DNA of 35,217 nt from Guillardia theta CCMP2712 (taxonomy: Eukaryota; Protista; Cryptophyta): positions 23,295 through 58,511 of the forward strand of contig NW_005434658.1 in assembly GCF_000315625.1 (NCBI RefSeq). The letters are read 5' to 3'. The position numbers and the translations under genes were made by a program. Position 1 is the first letter of the stretch; the number at the start of each line of letters is the position of its first letter. The notes beneath the pieces were generated by a model. That model searched no databases. It had not been told where the DNA came from and saw nothing but the letters and a program-made list of their open reading frames with translations. Below are positions 23,996-35,050 of the stretch, piece after piece.

Positions 23996-24760
23996 TCAGG
24001 CATGATGCTGGAGAAATCTTGCACGGTTATTTCCTTGAAAGACTGCAAACAGACATATGCAGAAGAGGTATAACAATGTCGAGGAGAGTATATTCTCAAT
24101 TTCTGCTTGCAATGACTGGGGAGTCCTGTGGATCAAAATCCTTGACAAGTGTCCTGCAAAGGCCAAAGCACCATTGAAGAATATGAGCTCCCTGTAAGAG
24201 TATGAACCCACAAGGAACACCATGGACAAGACGAGCGAAATCAATTTCACATGCTCAAGGTTGGGATTCATCATGAGCAGCTCCGTCATAAAGACAAAAA
24301 ATCTCACATACAGCACTCGCTTCAGCAGGATAGCTAACGAGATCCTTTGGCTTTGTGACATGCGCGAAGTCAAGAACATTCCGATCCAGACGCCAATCAG
24401 AACGAAGAAGCGTAGCACAAACAAGTAATCATCGAAGCTGCTGATGCCCTTTTCGCTGTTCCTCATACTTAGAATGCCAATGTGGTACACAGTAGTTACT
24501 ACCATACTCGCCGTCAAACCTACATTCTCTATACACACCAGAGACTGGAGAAAGTAGTCATGATACTTCAGCTCCATCTGCTCATTTTCAAAAGGAGCTG
24601 CCTCCAGGAGCTTGCTCCTGATGAAGTTTATGCTCTGCAACAACAGTTGTCGAGAATTCAAGGGTTGGGCTTCGGCGACTTTCATTGCAACAGTATAACA
24701 GGGCACGCAGAGGCTGATTGATTGAATCAGGACCTGAATCAGATATCCTCGTGGTAGCAC
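23996..24760 (-). CDS. Hypothetical multi-pass membrane protein (~5-6 TM) resembling an adenylyl-cyclase membrane anchor; start uncertain
   Basis: 254-aa ORF with repeated hydrophobic helices, preceded by FENEQMELKYHDYFLQ and ending NNRARFLQHHA*. Confidence 0.6.
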   Translation of the reverse strand: MLPRGYLIQVLIQSISLCVPCYTVAMKVAEAQPLNSRQLLLQSINFIRSKLLEAAPFENEQMELKYHDYFLQSLVCIENVGLTASMVVTTVYHIGILSMRNSEKGISSFDDYLFVLRFFVLIGVWIGMFLTSRMSQSQRISLAILLKRVLYVRFFVFMTELLMMNPNLEHVKLISLVLSMVFLVGSYSYRELIFFNGALAFAGHLSRILIHRTPQSLQAEIENILSSTLLYLFCICLFAVFQGNNRARFLQHHA

Positions 24761-25436
24761 AGCTCCTTTAAGCGACCCTACAAGCCCTATTCCAAAGAGT
24801 GCGACGTACCCGGCTCAAAACAGATTGAAAACGCACTGACCCACTTACAGGTTGACAATGGAGTTCTCAAGTAGCAAAGCAAGATTCATCAGCATCTCAG
24901 CTCAGCAGTTCCGTCCTAGTGCCTAACTCTAATACCTACTGCCAGTATGCATGCTATCATACGCACTATGATTGCCGCCTGAATCCGACCGCATTGCTTT
25001 CTGACCTAGCCATCGCCCTGTGTCACTCCTCCCCTCCTGCCTGAGGGCCAGGGGCTGTTTTGACTGTTTCCTATTTAAAACCTTTATAGCAAAAGCACCA
25101 TAACACGAGTGACAGTTAAAGTACCCCACCCCACCTTTGACTCCCTGGCTATGTCGTGACCGCTCACGTGCTGCAGTGCGGTAGGCTTCCACTAACCCTA
25201 CCGATAGATTATTAGTGCTACACAACATTAATTGAACGTGGGTGGCGATGAGCGGCTGCAGGCTTCAAACAACCTGGGCGGTAAAGGACCCCACCCCCTC
25301 TGCCACACAGGATTCAAGGACCCTGGAGTAAACATCACCCAGTTTACTTCAACACTTTTGCTCCGAGGCTCCGTGCTCAGCTCCGGGCAGCGCCGGGCCT
25401 TCGGGTTTGCTGAACTCCCCAGAATTCTGCCCAGAA

Positions 25437-25447
25437 TTCCCGCCAAA
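25437..25447 (-). promoter_or_regulatory. E2F-type site TTTGGCGGGAA upstream of the MCM8-like sequence
   Basis: Plus strand reads TTCCCGCCAAA, about 155 bp before the ATG at 25602. This fits the E2F consensus typical of MCM promoters. Confidence 0.5.
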
Positions 25448-25601
25448 TGGCTCCTGTGGCGCGTTGAGCAGGAGTGATCGTAAGTTTCATGCTTGTGATG
25501 ACGGAGGGGCAGGTGGTGGAGTGGGGTTGAGGAAGACAAGGTGTACAACATCTTTTCCAATCGAATGCCGTCGAGAGCGTCATTGGGTATATCTCAGATC
25601 G

Positions 25602-26789
25602 ATGACTTTCAATAGCCAGGCCATGGCAGCACCTCGAGGCTGGGATCTGTATCTTCCGCAAGAGAGCTACACTAGGGTGAGCGAACTGCACCATCTTCAC
25701 GTGCTTTGACCTTCAAGCAGGACCATCACCTTGTTCCAATTATACAAGGCTTAACGAGGTGGTTCCGTGGGCCTGGGAGAAAAACGTTGAGAAATGTATT
25801 GCGGTGCTGGTTGAAAGCATCAAAGTTTCTCTCTGCACCGTACGCAGATTGATCCCGAGAATTTGACCTCAGTATCCTTTGAATACAACGAGTTGCTCCA
25901 ATGCCCCGTCGAGGGGTTGTCATGGGCTATCAATGAAAGGCCGCAAGAAGCCATCGCGGCTCTCGGACTGGCAGTGTTTGAATCCCTCTTTGTCAGTGAT
26001 CAAGGGGTTGAAGATGGCCAAGACTTGTACCCTCCTCCATCGAGAAAAGTTGCAGTTCGATTCATGAATTATGAGCCAGTGACGCCAATGAAGTTTCTCA
26101 AATCCAACTGCATTGGAAAGTTTGTTTGCGTGCGGGGAACGGTCATTCGCGTGAGCACCATCAAACCGATATTGCTTTCGATGAACTTTCTCTGTGCAAA
26201 GTGCAGAGGAGAAAAAACGGTAACGATGAATGATGGCAAGTTCGACTGTCCTGGGTCTTGCTTGGTATGTAAGAACAAATCGATGATTCCTGATAGACAC
26301 TCTTCCATCACCACAGACTGGCAGAAGGTAAGACTTTAAGAAATAGTGACAGATGAGAGCCGGGAAGATGGGAGGATGACGAGGACAATAGAGTGTGAGC
26401 TTACCGATAATTTGGTTGAGAAATGTATTCCTGGAGATGAGATTGCAATATCGGGAATCGTGAAAGTTGTGAGTACAGATGGTGATGGTGGGCATCGAGG
26501 AAAGAGCAAATGTCTCTTCTTGATGTACATAGAAGCCAACTCTATTTCGAATTCGAAGAAGGCTTCCGGAGACAAGGTCTGACCATCTGCAAATATGTTG
26601 ATGCGTTGAAAAGACTGATTTATCCTTGCAGAGTGACAATCTCGTTTTCACCTCAAAAGACCTAAAAGCACTAAGGGAAATTGCCAATGACTCTGATACA
26701 TTCAAGTTGGTTGTCAATTCAATTTGCCCTAGCATTTATGGGCATGAGGTTGTAAAAATGGCCTTGGCACTCGCTTTGTTTGGTGGACG
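25602..26789 (+). pseudogene. MCM8: Truncated MCM8-like pseudogene (N-terminal domain only, internal TAA)
   Basis: GWDLYLPQESY; LKSNCIGKFVCVRGTVIRVS; Zn-finger CAKC...CLVC; DWQKVRL*EIV (TAA 26337-26339 where MCMs have QE); RTIECELTDNLVEKCIPGD; LVVNSICPSIYGHEVVKMALALALFGG. Similarity then ends, with no Walker A/B. Introns are retained. Confidence 0.85.
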
Positions 26790-27122
26790 GCACTCAAATT
26801 GGCCTCATCATATGGCCTGCTCGAATATTTCCTCGATGCTGTAGCAAAGGCGTCTGCTGTCTCGATCTGTCACAGTACAGTGAGTACAGTCACAACCCCT
26901 GCGAACCGGCTCCGAATCCTGGTCAAAATCTCCTGCGCGTCCACCTGAACAGAGGTAAGGAAATTCAAGATCAGGCGCCTCCGCGGCTCCGGCGGCGCAG
27001 TGCCGCCGGGCCCGGCGGCCCGGCCCGGCCCGGCCGCGTGGCCCACTGGGCCGGCCGGGCTCGGTTGATCAAATCATTGTGATAAAAAAACATTCCGAGT
27101 CTGCCCCAGAGGCCTGAGACCG

Positions 27123-30100
27123 ATGTCATGGTGGGGGAGGCGTGGGAAGGGCAAGGGGACGAATGGCCAGCAGGATGGAGGGGGAAGAGAGAAGGGGGGG
27201 GAAGCTCACGGGCAGGATCAGGAGGTAGACGCAGAGGAAGTGCACGCTGCTGCTGTGAGAGAGCTCACAGCACTGCTGGCCACACCCGAGAATCTGAGCA
27301 GACTAGGAAAGCTCAAGAAAGAGTATGAAGGACAGCGATCCTCCGTTGAGGTCCAGATCTCGTTGTTGACAGGAAGGCAGACAGAGGATGCTAGGACGGT
27401 GAGTTTCTGTTGGCTCCCTGGTGGACGCTGACGATCTCGGACGAAGGGCCTGAATCGGCTCGAACATAGTCGAAAACAGGTTGACACTATCATCGGGATC
27501 AAGGAGAAGTTGGAGGCGATCATTGACCAGGTCTTCGTCTCCTGATTCTTCTGCAACCCTGACACGTTGTTCTTGTTCTTGTTCTTGTTCTTGTTCTTGT
27601 TCTTGTTCTTGTTCTTGTTCTTGTTCTTGTTCTTGTTCTTGTTCTTGTTCTTGTTCTTGTTCTTGTTCTTGTTCTTGTTCTTGTTCTTTATTTCCTTCTT
27701 CTACTCAGAGCGAAACGGCTCTGCCTGAGTACAGCGAGATCCGTCAAGTATGGCTGATCAGAAGGAATCTGCATAGGACCTTACAAGACTTGGACCTGAT
27801 CAAAGCCATGCCAACCGGTTCCTCTCCTGGGGTCCCAACAGGTCACTCACACTGGTGCAGAGCTGAAGCTGGTTGAGGAGCAGCTGGAGAGGGCTGCTCA
27901 GAGCCCTGACGACTCGGAGGACGGCGACCGTGCCCTCCCAGACGTGCACAGGAGGCTACTGCAGCTGGAGAGACGTCAGCAGGTCTTGCCCGAGGATGGG
28001 AGCGGGAGTGAGTGATGTTGAATTGAAGGCTGCTCTGTTCTCTGCAAGGAATGTGCCGGAGAAACATCAGTGGGTCCTGTTGCCTCTTGCTTCGCCGGCC
28101 TGACTGGTTACACTCAGAGCTCTTTCTGAGCAGTTCTCGAACTTGGACCGGTTGGAGGAGCACTAGGGTTGCCTCCGAGTGACGCTGCTCCAGCTTCTTC
28201 GAGCGGATCGAGAGCAGGGTCTGTCAAATCGTTCGAAATTGCACCGTCGAAGCCTGGGCCCGGCCTGCTGTGCTTGTCAAAGTTTGACGCCGACTGCGCG
28301 CTGAGACGGCAAGATCTTGACTCATGATGGCTGCAGGTGCTGCAGATGGTGGAGCGGCAAGAAGCAGCTGACGAGCAGATTCGCACCGCCATGCACGGGC
28401 AGTCGCCGTCCAACGTGGACGTGTCGAGCTCCAAGGTGAGAGCTCGGAAACCGCGGTAGGTGCCCGTCTCATCCCCCAGCAGGTGCGGAGCTGGTGTGGG
28501 ATGATCATCTCGACCTTGAAGGAGTACATGAGGAGCAAGTTTGACATGCTCTGCCTATCCTTGACGAGCATGCCTGTCGTCGACATCCCGCTGCTGGTGA
28601 GTGTTGAAAGTCGACGCCCCGTCGAGGCGTCTGATGGCATGCCTTGAAGGTGTCGGAGCACCAGAAAATCTCCGATGACATCGTCACTGTCAAGGTCCCA
28701 CTCGCTCGCTCCTTGCTAACTCAACTCACTTTGTCCTCAGGACGTCGTTGAACCATGCTTCCCCCCTCACTACCACATCTTCGAGCTGTTCGTGGAGACT
28801 TACCATGCCCTCACCGTCGAGTTGGTCCAGGATCTGATGCAGACGCATGTTGCCTCCTTCAGTCCCAGCGACATCATTGCGGTCGTCAACTGGTTGAGAG
28901 ACTACCACGGCCAGCTGGAGGGACTGGAGGCGACGGTGAGCCCGGTGCTCACTGACGATCTGGACGTTCTTTTGCAGGTGAGTTTGTCTCAGAGGTGTGA
29001 GAGTGTCGGGGGTAGTTTTGTGCTCGATCTTGCTCTCTGTACACCGCTGACATACCCTGACTTTCTCTTACTCCATCGACTCCCCTGACGGCCCTCTGAC
29101 TTTCCCCAGGGTTACAACTACCAGACTGAGAGTATGATGAGGGGCTGGGCGAACCGGATCCTTGAAGACGACCTCAAAGTCCCCCCGGAGTCCATGTCCG
29201 ACGGGAAGCTCTACACCATCGCTCCGATCGACTTGTTCAAGATGATCGATCAGCAGTTCGAGGTGGCGGATGCCCTGGGTCTGGAGAAGTCCATGTACAA
29301 CCTCGCCATGACGGTCACCAACGTGCTGGAGGACTACCGGCTGTCGCTGATCGAGATGATCACCAAGAAGTGGCGGGGGATGTCGCTAGACCACATCTGC
29401 GCCCAGGTGAACAACTCGGCCAAGTGCGTGGAGTGCTGCATGGAGCTGCAGGAGGAGCTGGAGGACAAGATGTCCTCTCACCTCTTCGAGAACATCGAGC
29501 TGCAGTCAGTCGCCGACGGCTTCACCTCCATCGCTCGCATCGGCTCGGAGGCGCTGGCGAGGATCGTGCTCGAGGACGTGCAGCCAGCAGTCGCCCGGCT
29601 GTTCACGTCCCGCTGGTACAGCGGGGACGACCGTCCTGGCGAGTCCATTGTGGCGACCATCGCCGACTACTGCGAGGAGTTCAGGGTCTACCTCCTCGAG
29701 TCGTACTACCGCAAGGTGCTGGTGAACATCCTGGACGAGCTGGTGGTGTGGGTGGTGGGGCAGCTGCTGAGCGAGACCAACAAGGCTGACGGCGCCGCCA
29801 TCCCGATCGACTCGGGGTTCTTCCTGGCGCTGGAGGAAGACTTCGACGGACTGTACCAGGGCTTCATCGAGCTCGGGCTACCGCAGAAGATGCTAACGTC
29901 AAGGATCCGGCCGCTCGAGATGCTCCGCACTTTCTGCTCCCTCAAGGTCGACTCGACCGAGTCCTCCAAGGAGCTTGTGGTCACCTGGTTCCTCAATGTC
30001 CTCGAGCTCCACCCTGACCTGCCCATGGACGCCATTGCTCGCCTGCTGAGGAGGAAGCGGAAGCTGGACCAGAAGGCCAGGACGGCCATCCTTCAGACTT

Positions 30101-30420
30101 GCATCCACCTTGCCGCGGAGCATGCGGGGGCAGAGGGCAAGGGGGACCAGGTCGACTTCTTCAGTAGGGTGTACAAGGAGATGGGAGTCAAGCCGCTGGC
30201 CGACAATGCCGTGATAGAGCACGGAGTCGTCAACATGGTGAAGTCGGTGCTGAAGAGGAGGCACAAAGGGGGCGCGAAGGCGGACGAGGAGGAGCAGAGC
30301 TCTCACAGCGCCTCTCGCTACCACCAACGAGCTGCCGACCGCCCTCTCGCCTTCTCGACGCTCTCAGCCCTCGGCGTTCCCCTGAATGCCATCGATATCA
30401 CCCATAAGCTGTACCTGTAG
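27123..30420 (+). CDS. SEC6: Exocyst complex component Sec6/EXOC3, multi-exon
   Basis: N-terminal LTALLATPENLSRLGKLKKEY...QTEDART|GLNRLEHS; central YHIFELFVETYH...DIIAVVNWLRDY; last exon 29110-30420 with GKLYTIAPIDLFKMIDQQ, HICAQVNNSAKC, EDVQPAVARLFTSRWY, IVATIADYCEEF. Confidence 0.9.
27567..27688. repeat. (TTCTTG)n hexanucleotide microsatellite in Sec6 intron 2
   Basis: Directly visible between the donor at 27531 and the acceptor at 27708. Confidence 0.95.
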
Positions 30421-31075
30421 GCTCTTTAGTGCTCCGACCGTATCGGACTGTTCAATTTGTATCATGACAACAAGTTCAGTTCTCAAAGCTGCCCCGGGCC
30501 CCCGAGTCACCGTGTGGCAGTCTGCCGGGCACGGCGCCGGGCCTCACTTAGTACTATTGTCACGAGCCGGGCACGCACCCGGTTATCGGACCATACCGGC
30601 AGTCTGAGTGCACTCAGAACGGGCCCGGTGGCCCGGCCCCCGGGGGCGGCTCCGCCGGGCGGGCCGGACAGTCTGTCACTGTGCGGCGGTCAGTCCGTTA
30701 CTCCAATGTGCAGTCGTGTAACGGGTTTCGACAAACTATTTGCGGGATGAAAATGCTGGCAAAAATGAACGGGAGGAGGGGGAGGAGGTAGAGGCGGGTG
30801 AGGGCGGGAGGATGGAGCAGAGTGAGTGAGTTGAGGGAGCGAAGGAGGTGGCGGGAGATATAGAAAGGGGGAGGGATGGAGGAAGGGAGAGTGAGATGAG
30901 GGAAGTAGAGGCTGTTATGCAGTAGGGTTCAGGAGTCGATCAAGGAAGAGAGCAGCAGCGTGTCTGAGCTCGTTGACCTGACAGTGCGTGACGTGAGCAT
31001 GCAGTGGTTGCTCCTGCAATGCCGAGCTCCTCCCAAGACATGAGGCGATAGACCGATCAGGAGCTACTCCGCATA

Positions 31076-32864
31076 ATGCTAAACGGCCGCTCCGAAGACG
31101 ACAGCGCATGGTTTGGCACGCATGCCACTGATCAGCACCTCAGAGGTGACTGGAAGCGGAAAGTGCTCACCCTTGCTCTTGGCCTTGTGTTCACGCTGCT
31201 GCTCGCTGCCTGGTCCTCATACGAAGGTACTTTCTCCCGCTTCCCGGCATTTGCTCACAAGGAAGGTCAAGGTTCCAATACCAGGACTGGCCTCACGCTG
31301 GCCTCCTTCTGTTTCGACTCAGCTGGAGCATCGGGGAAAGGAAACGATGTGCGTGCATGTCTTGCTGCTCGAGAAGATGCCTATCCCCCGATGCTGATCT
31401 GATCTTATTCCTGACACTGATCTGATCGCATTCATGAAACTGATCTCATCTCACTCCTCCAGGACTGTCAGGAAGGCTGGAAGTCCCTCCCAGATGTTGT
31501 CCCAGCAGCAGCAGCTCCAACGACTGATAGCCCTGTGAGTGATCCTCCTTCGTCGCCTCGTTCTTCTTCCATCCATGCGCTGAGATGGTCTGCCAGGTCG
31601 AGGCAGAGAAACAGAGAGGAGGGAGATGCGAAGGAAGGATGAACGTGACGGGGGTGAACGGGACCATAGTCTATCAAGAAGGAGGCTGTGAGTTTGCGAT
31701 GTGCTCGTTCGGGAGGTGAACTCACTCGTGCTGCGACGCGAGGCAGCGACGTGCCGTTGGCTCGTAGAAGTCGGAAGAGGTTACCTTGTGGTCCTCAACC
31801 TCTCCCAGTTGCAGCTGCAGAGCGAGCGCTCCTCCCTCGCCGTCTTCACTGCAAATGCCTCGGACGGGGAAGAGACGAATCGACTTCTGGACCCTTCTCA
31901 CCTGCTCCTCAACATTACCGGAGGTTCCGACGCCGCCGCTCCAGCTGCCCTCAACTGCGACTCGGATAGAGTCCTAGTCGTGTTCCAACCGGCGGACGAA
32001 GTCGAGGACAAGGCTGAGAGTCTCTCGGTGACGTGGCATCGTGTCCCACGTCCAGTGGTTGCCAAGGGCCCAGCGATGAGGAGAGAGAAGAGATACGTCA
32101 CCTTGTGCCAGAAGGAGCTTTACAGCTCCAGCACCTGCATCCGAATAGGTGAGGAAAGAAACGTTGGCAGCATCTCCTCCCCTGCCTTGATGAAGTTGCC
32201 GAACCAGACGTGTGCAACTCGACATGTGGCAATGGAAGGTGCAGCAACCTGGACGGAGTCTGCATGTACCGAACATCACATGGGCATGCCTTCCACCCTC
32301 TGAACGTGGTCTGCAACAGGAAGAAAGGAGATCAGTGCACTCTCAAGGGAGATTCCTTCTACATCCCTTGCAAGGTTGCCTCTGGCCTGATCGCCCGACG
32401 GTCATGAAGTTCACCCCGTGTGGCAGACTTGCGCTCTTTCCTTCGTTGACGTGCCGGCAGCTGTTAAGGTAGAGCGTGTGCCCCTTGCCCCCCTCGCTGA
32501 TCGCAGCAGGTCCATGTGTACACTCTCTGGGGGTTTTGGCCGAGCCAGCAGGTGAGGAGGGTTGTGCTGCTGCATCGCTTTTGAACAGGCGGGTGCAGGA
32601 GTCTTGCACATCCCAAGTGACTTCACTCGGCGGAGTTTCCAAGATCGAGACGGTGAGCTTGAAGATCGTGATAATCCCCGTTTGACGCTTCCCTCCTCTC
32701 TCCTCCCTCCTCCCTTCCCTCACATTTATCTTCTTCATCCTGTTCATTCTACATCGCCATCCCTTGTCTTGCAGGTTCATGGCCCCACAGGCAAACTCAA
32801 GCAGTTGACTCAGCCGGCGTGTAGCGCCGTAGTGAAGGTGGAGGATGCGAGCATCTGTGAATGA
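31076..32864 (+). CDS. Type II membrane/secreted protein with a CUB-like domain and Cys-rich C-terminal region, multi-exon; start uncertain
   Basis: N-terminal TM KRKVLTLALGLVFTLLLAAW; CUB-like TCRWLVEVGRGYLVVLNLSQLQL...SDRVLVVF...LSVTW; then CNSTCGNGRCSNLDGVC... Cys-rich exons; last exon ends VEDASICE* (32862-32864). Confidence 0.7.
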
Positions 32865-33141
32865 CACCGAAGAACGTTTCTTGCCGCCGTCTTGCTCATG
32901 CTCAAAGTTCTCATGCCTGGATAGCACTCCTCATCCTCCCTCGCCCTCGCTTGAGGGACGTCTTGTAAATACGAATGCAAGTCAGAGGAAACTAAAGGGT
33001 CGACCTTCTCCACTAAAATACCACCAAAAAGAGTTTATGAAAAAGCGAATGCTCGAGCAAGCTTCTGGATGTCGTACTTGTTTCTTCTAGAATGCAACCC
33101 GCGATTTTACATACATACATTCAGCCGAGGCGATAGGTAGC

Positions 33142-34461
33142 TCAAAGTTCATCACTGTAGTCACGCACAAGACGAGAGTCAGACGACATGAAGTCAAGCA
33201 AGCCAAGACGATGCGATCTGCTCACCTTGGTCCGAGAGTCGCGAATTTCATGAGTTTGGTATTTTCTTTGTTCTGTCACCGCAAGTCACATGTCAGAACA
33301 ACAAGTCATATGAAAGAACAAGAGACATGAAAGAGCAACAGGCACGAGACGAGTCAAGAACAACATCCTGACCTTGTGGATCGAGATCAGGAGCAGCACA
33401 ATCGCTATTAAATTACAGACACCCCCGGCGGTGTAAACGGAGGTCATCCACGCGGACTGGGAGACGTAAGGGTTGAACTCTCCCTGCCCTATCGAGTTCT
33501 GATCCATGCACGGGGTGCTGTCGAAGTAGGATCCTCTCAGGACCAGAGGAGGCCCGAGCTTGCCGCACAGCAGGTAACCTTGCATGAACTCCGAGTTGGT
33601 CAGATATACGATCACCCAGAAGTCGATCAGAGTCATGGCCACAGCCAGGATCGCCATCCCCTGTCCTGTCGATGACATGTAGCTTCCTCCCAAGCATCGA
33701 AACAGCGTCATGAAGCAAAAGATACTGGCAAACGTAGCAAGCACAGGACCTGTGGCAAGGATGTAACCGGCCGAGCCTTTGCTCTCGTAGCACTGCTGTA
33801 GGAGGGCTCCCGCAGCCTTGTCCACAGCAGCCTTGCTCCATGTAACGCCTGTGGAAGGATCCTTGACGAAGTTCCCGTTAATGTCGGTAGTCACCGCTGT
33901 CAGCATGGCCTTGTACACGTTGACCTTGTCAGAGCAACGGATACGAGTCGCGCTGTACCCTTCGACGGAGGACGAAAGCTTCCAGTACGGGTCGCTAGAT
34001 ACGAGCCTTCCCGGCCATGCTCCTCTGGTCCAGTTTTCAGCCTTCACGACTGTATTGCCCACGCACTGGACCCCCACAGGACACTCGGGAAGGTACTTGC
34101 ACCAGAAAGAGGGGGAGCTGTAGAGGAACTGGTTAAGTGGATAGTTTCCGTCCGGCCTGAAGCCGAGGAACTGGGAGGCAACGAACGAGAGGGTCATGAC
34201 AGCAGGGGAGGAAGAGGAGGAGGAGTACTTCGCCGCGTAGTCCTGCTTGGCTTGATACCAGTCATCGCTGGCCATCAGGTCAGGCTTGCCTGAGTATGCA
34301 TTGCAGAGGGTTGAGAGGGAGACATCGGAGAAGTTGTTCCCTGCCCACCATTGACAGACGACGCCGCTGAAGAGGAGGAGGATACCGGCTATCCCTGTAC
34401 CCAACTGTATTCTCCTCGTCTTCCCCTCGTCCCATCCTAGCTTCTTCCCGACGTCTGCCAT
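33142..34461 (-). CDS. Four-TM (claudin/tetraspan-like topology) membrane protein with large Cys-containing loops
   Basis: Exons 34461-33373, 33272-33226, 33154-33142. TM1 GIAGILLLFSGVVC, a ~190-aa loop, TM2/TM3 close together, a Cys-containing loop, TM4 GGVCNLIAIVLLLISI; spliced tail NKENTKLMKFATLGPSDEL*. Confidence 0.75.
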
Positions 34462-34479
34462 GCCGGGGGAATCTGCAGA

Positions 34480-35050
34480 AAAAGTTAGGGAGAGGGTGGG
34501 GGTGAAAAACTTAGGGGTCGTGAATCGGCTCTAGGGTGGGGTAGATAGAAAAATAGGGGTACTAGAGTGGGAAATTAGGGGTAGTGGTAGGAGACCGATG
34601 GGTGAATAAGGGGTTACTGTGTAGAAATGTTTCGTAGGGTGCTGGATCAGATGGGGTAGGGGTATTTTTGAGGTATGAAATGTAGTACAAATGGTGGGTG
34701 AATATGCGGAGGGGAGGTGGTGGGGTACTTCATTCACCGGTGGTATCTTTCTAGCCTGTAGACGTAGCTTTGGATGAGTGTGGTAGGGTACTTTATGTTC
34801 ATGATGGGTAGTGGAGATGGTCCTTGGAATATTATGGGGTCATCGACATTCAGAACTAGACTAAAGTCATAGGGTAGTATGTTACTGAAAAACTATTAGT
34901 ACTGAACAAATAATTTCTCACAGCTATGTGGGTATCTTTTCAATGATAGTGGTGTCAACCATTTAAGAGGGGTGGGGGTATACATCCTGTAAATCTTTGA
35001 CCAGTGGGTCCTCTGTTCGAGAGAATGACATAGGTGGGGTGGTGATCTTT
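34480..35050. repeat. Strand-biased GGGGT/GGGTAG-rich low-complexity intergenic tract
   Basis: Many GGGGT/GGGTA/TAGGG words on the plus strand; shares AAGTACCCCACC (reverse complement at 34719-34730) with 25119-25130. Confidence 0.55.

Noticed and set aside
26337-26339. TAA read as Gln (alternative genetic code) in MCM8
   Set aside because: It is a single instance in a gene that is also truncated. Other long exons show no in-frame TAA/TAG, and Sec6 appears to end at TAG; a CAA>TAA mutation is simpler.
26328-26357. Tiny intron starting at AAG|GTAAGA that would remove the MCM8 stop
   Set aside because: The in-frame option (30 nt) deletes the conserved (V/I)xxQE segment and lacks a pyrimidine tract; shorter options shift the frame. 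The gene would still lack the ATPase domain.
34484-34582. Interstitial telomere (TTAGGG words)
   Set aside because: Only scattered single words, no tandem array.
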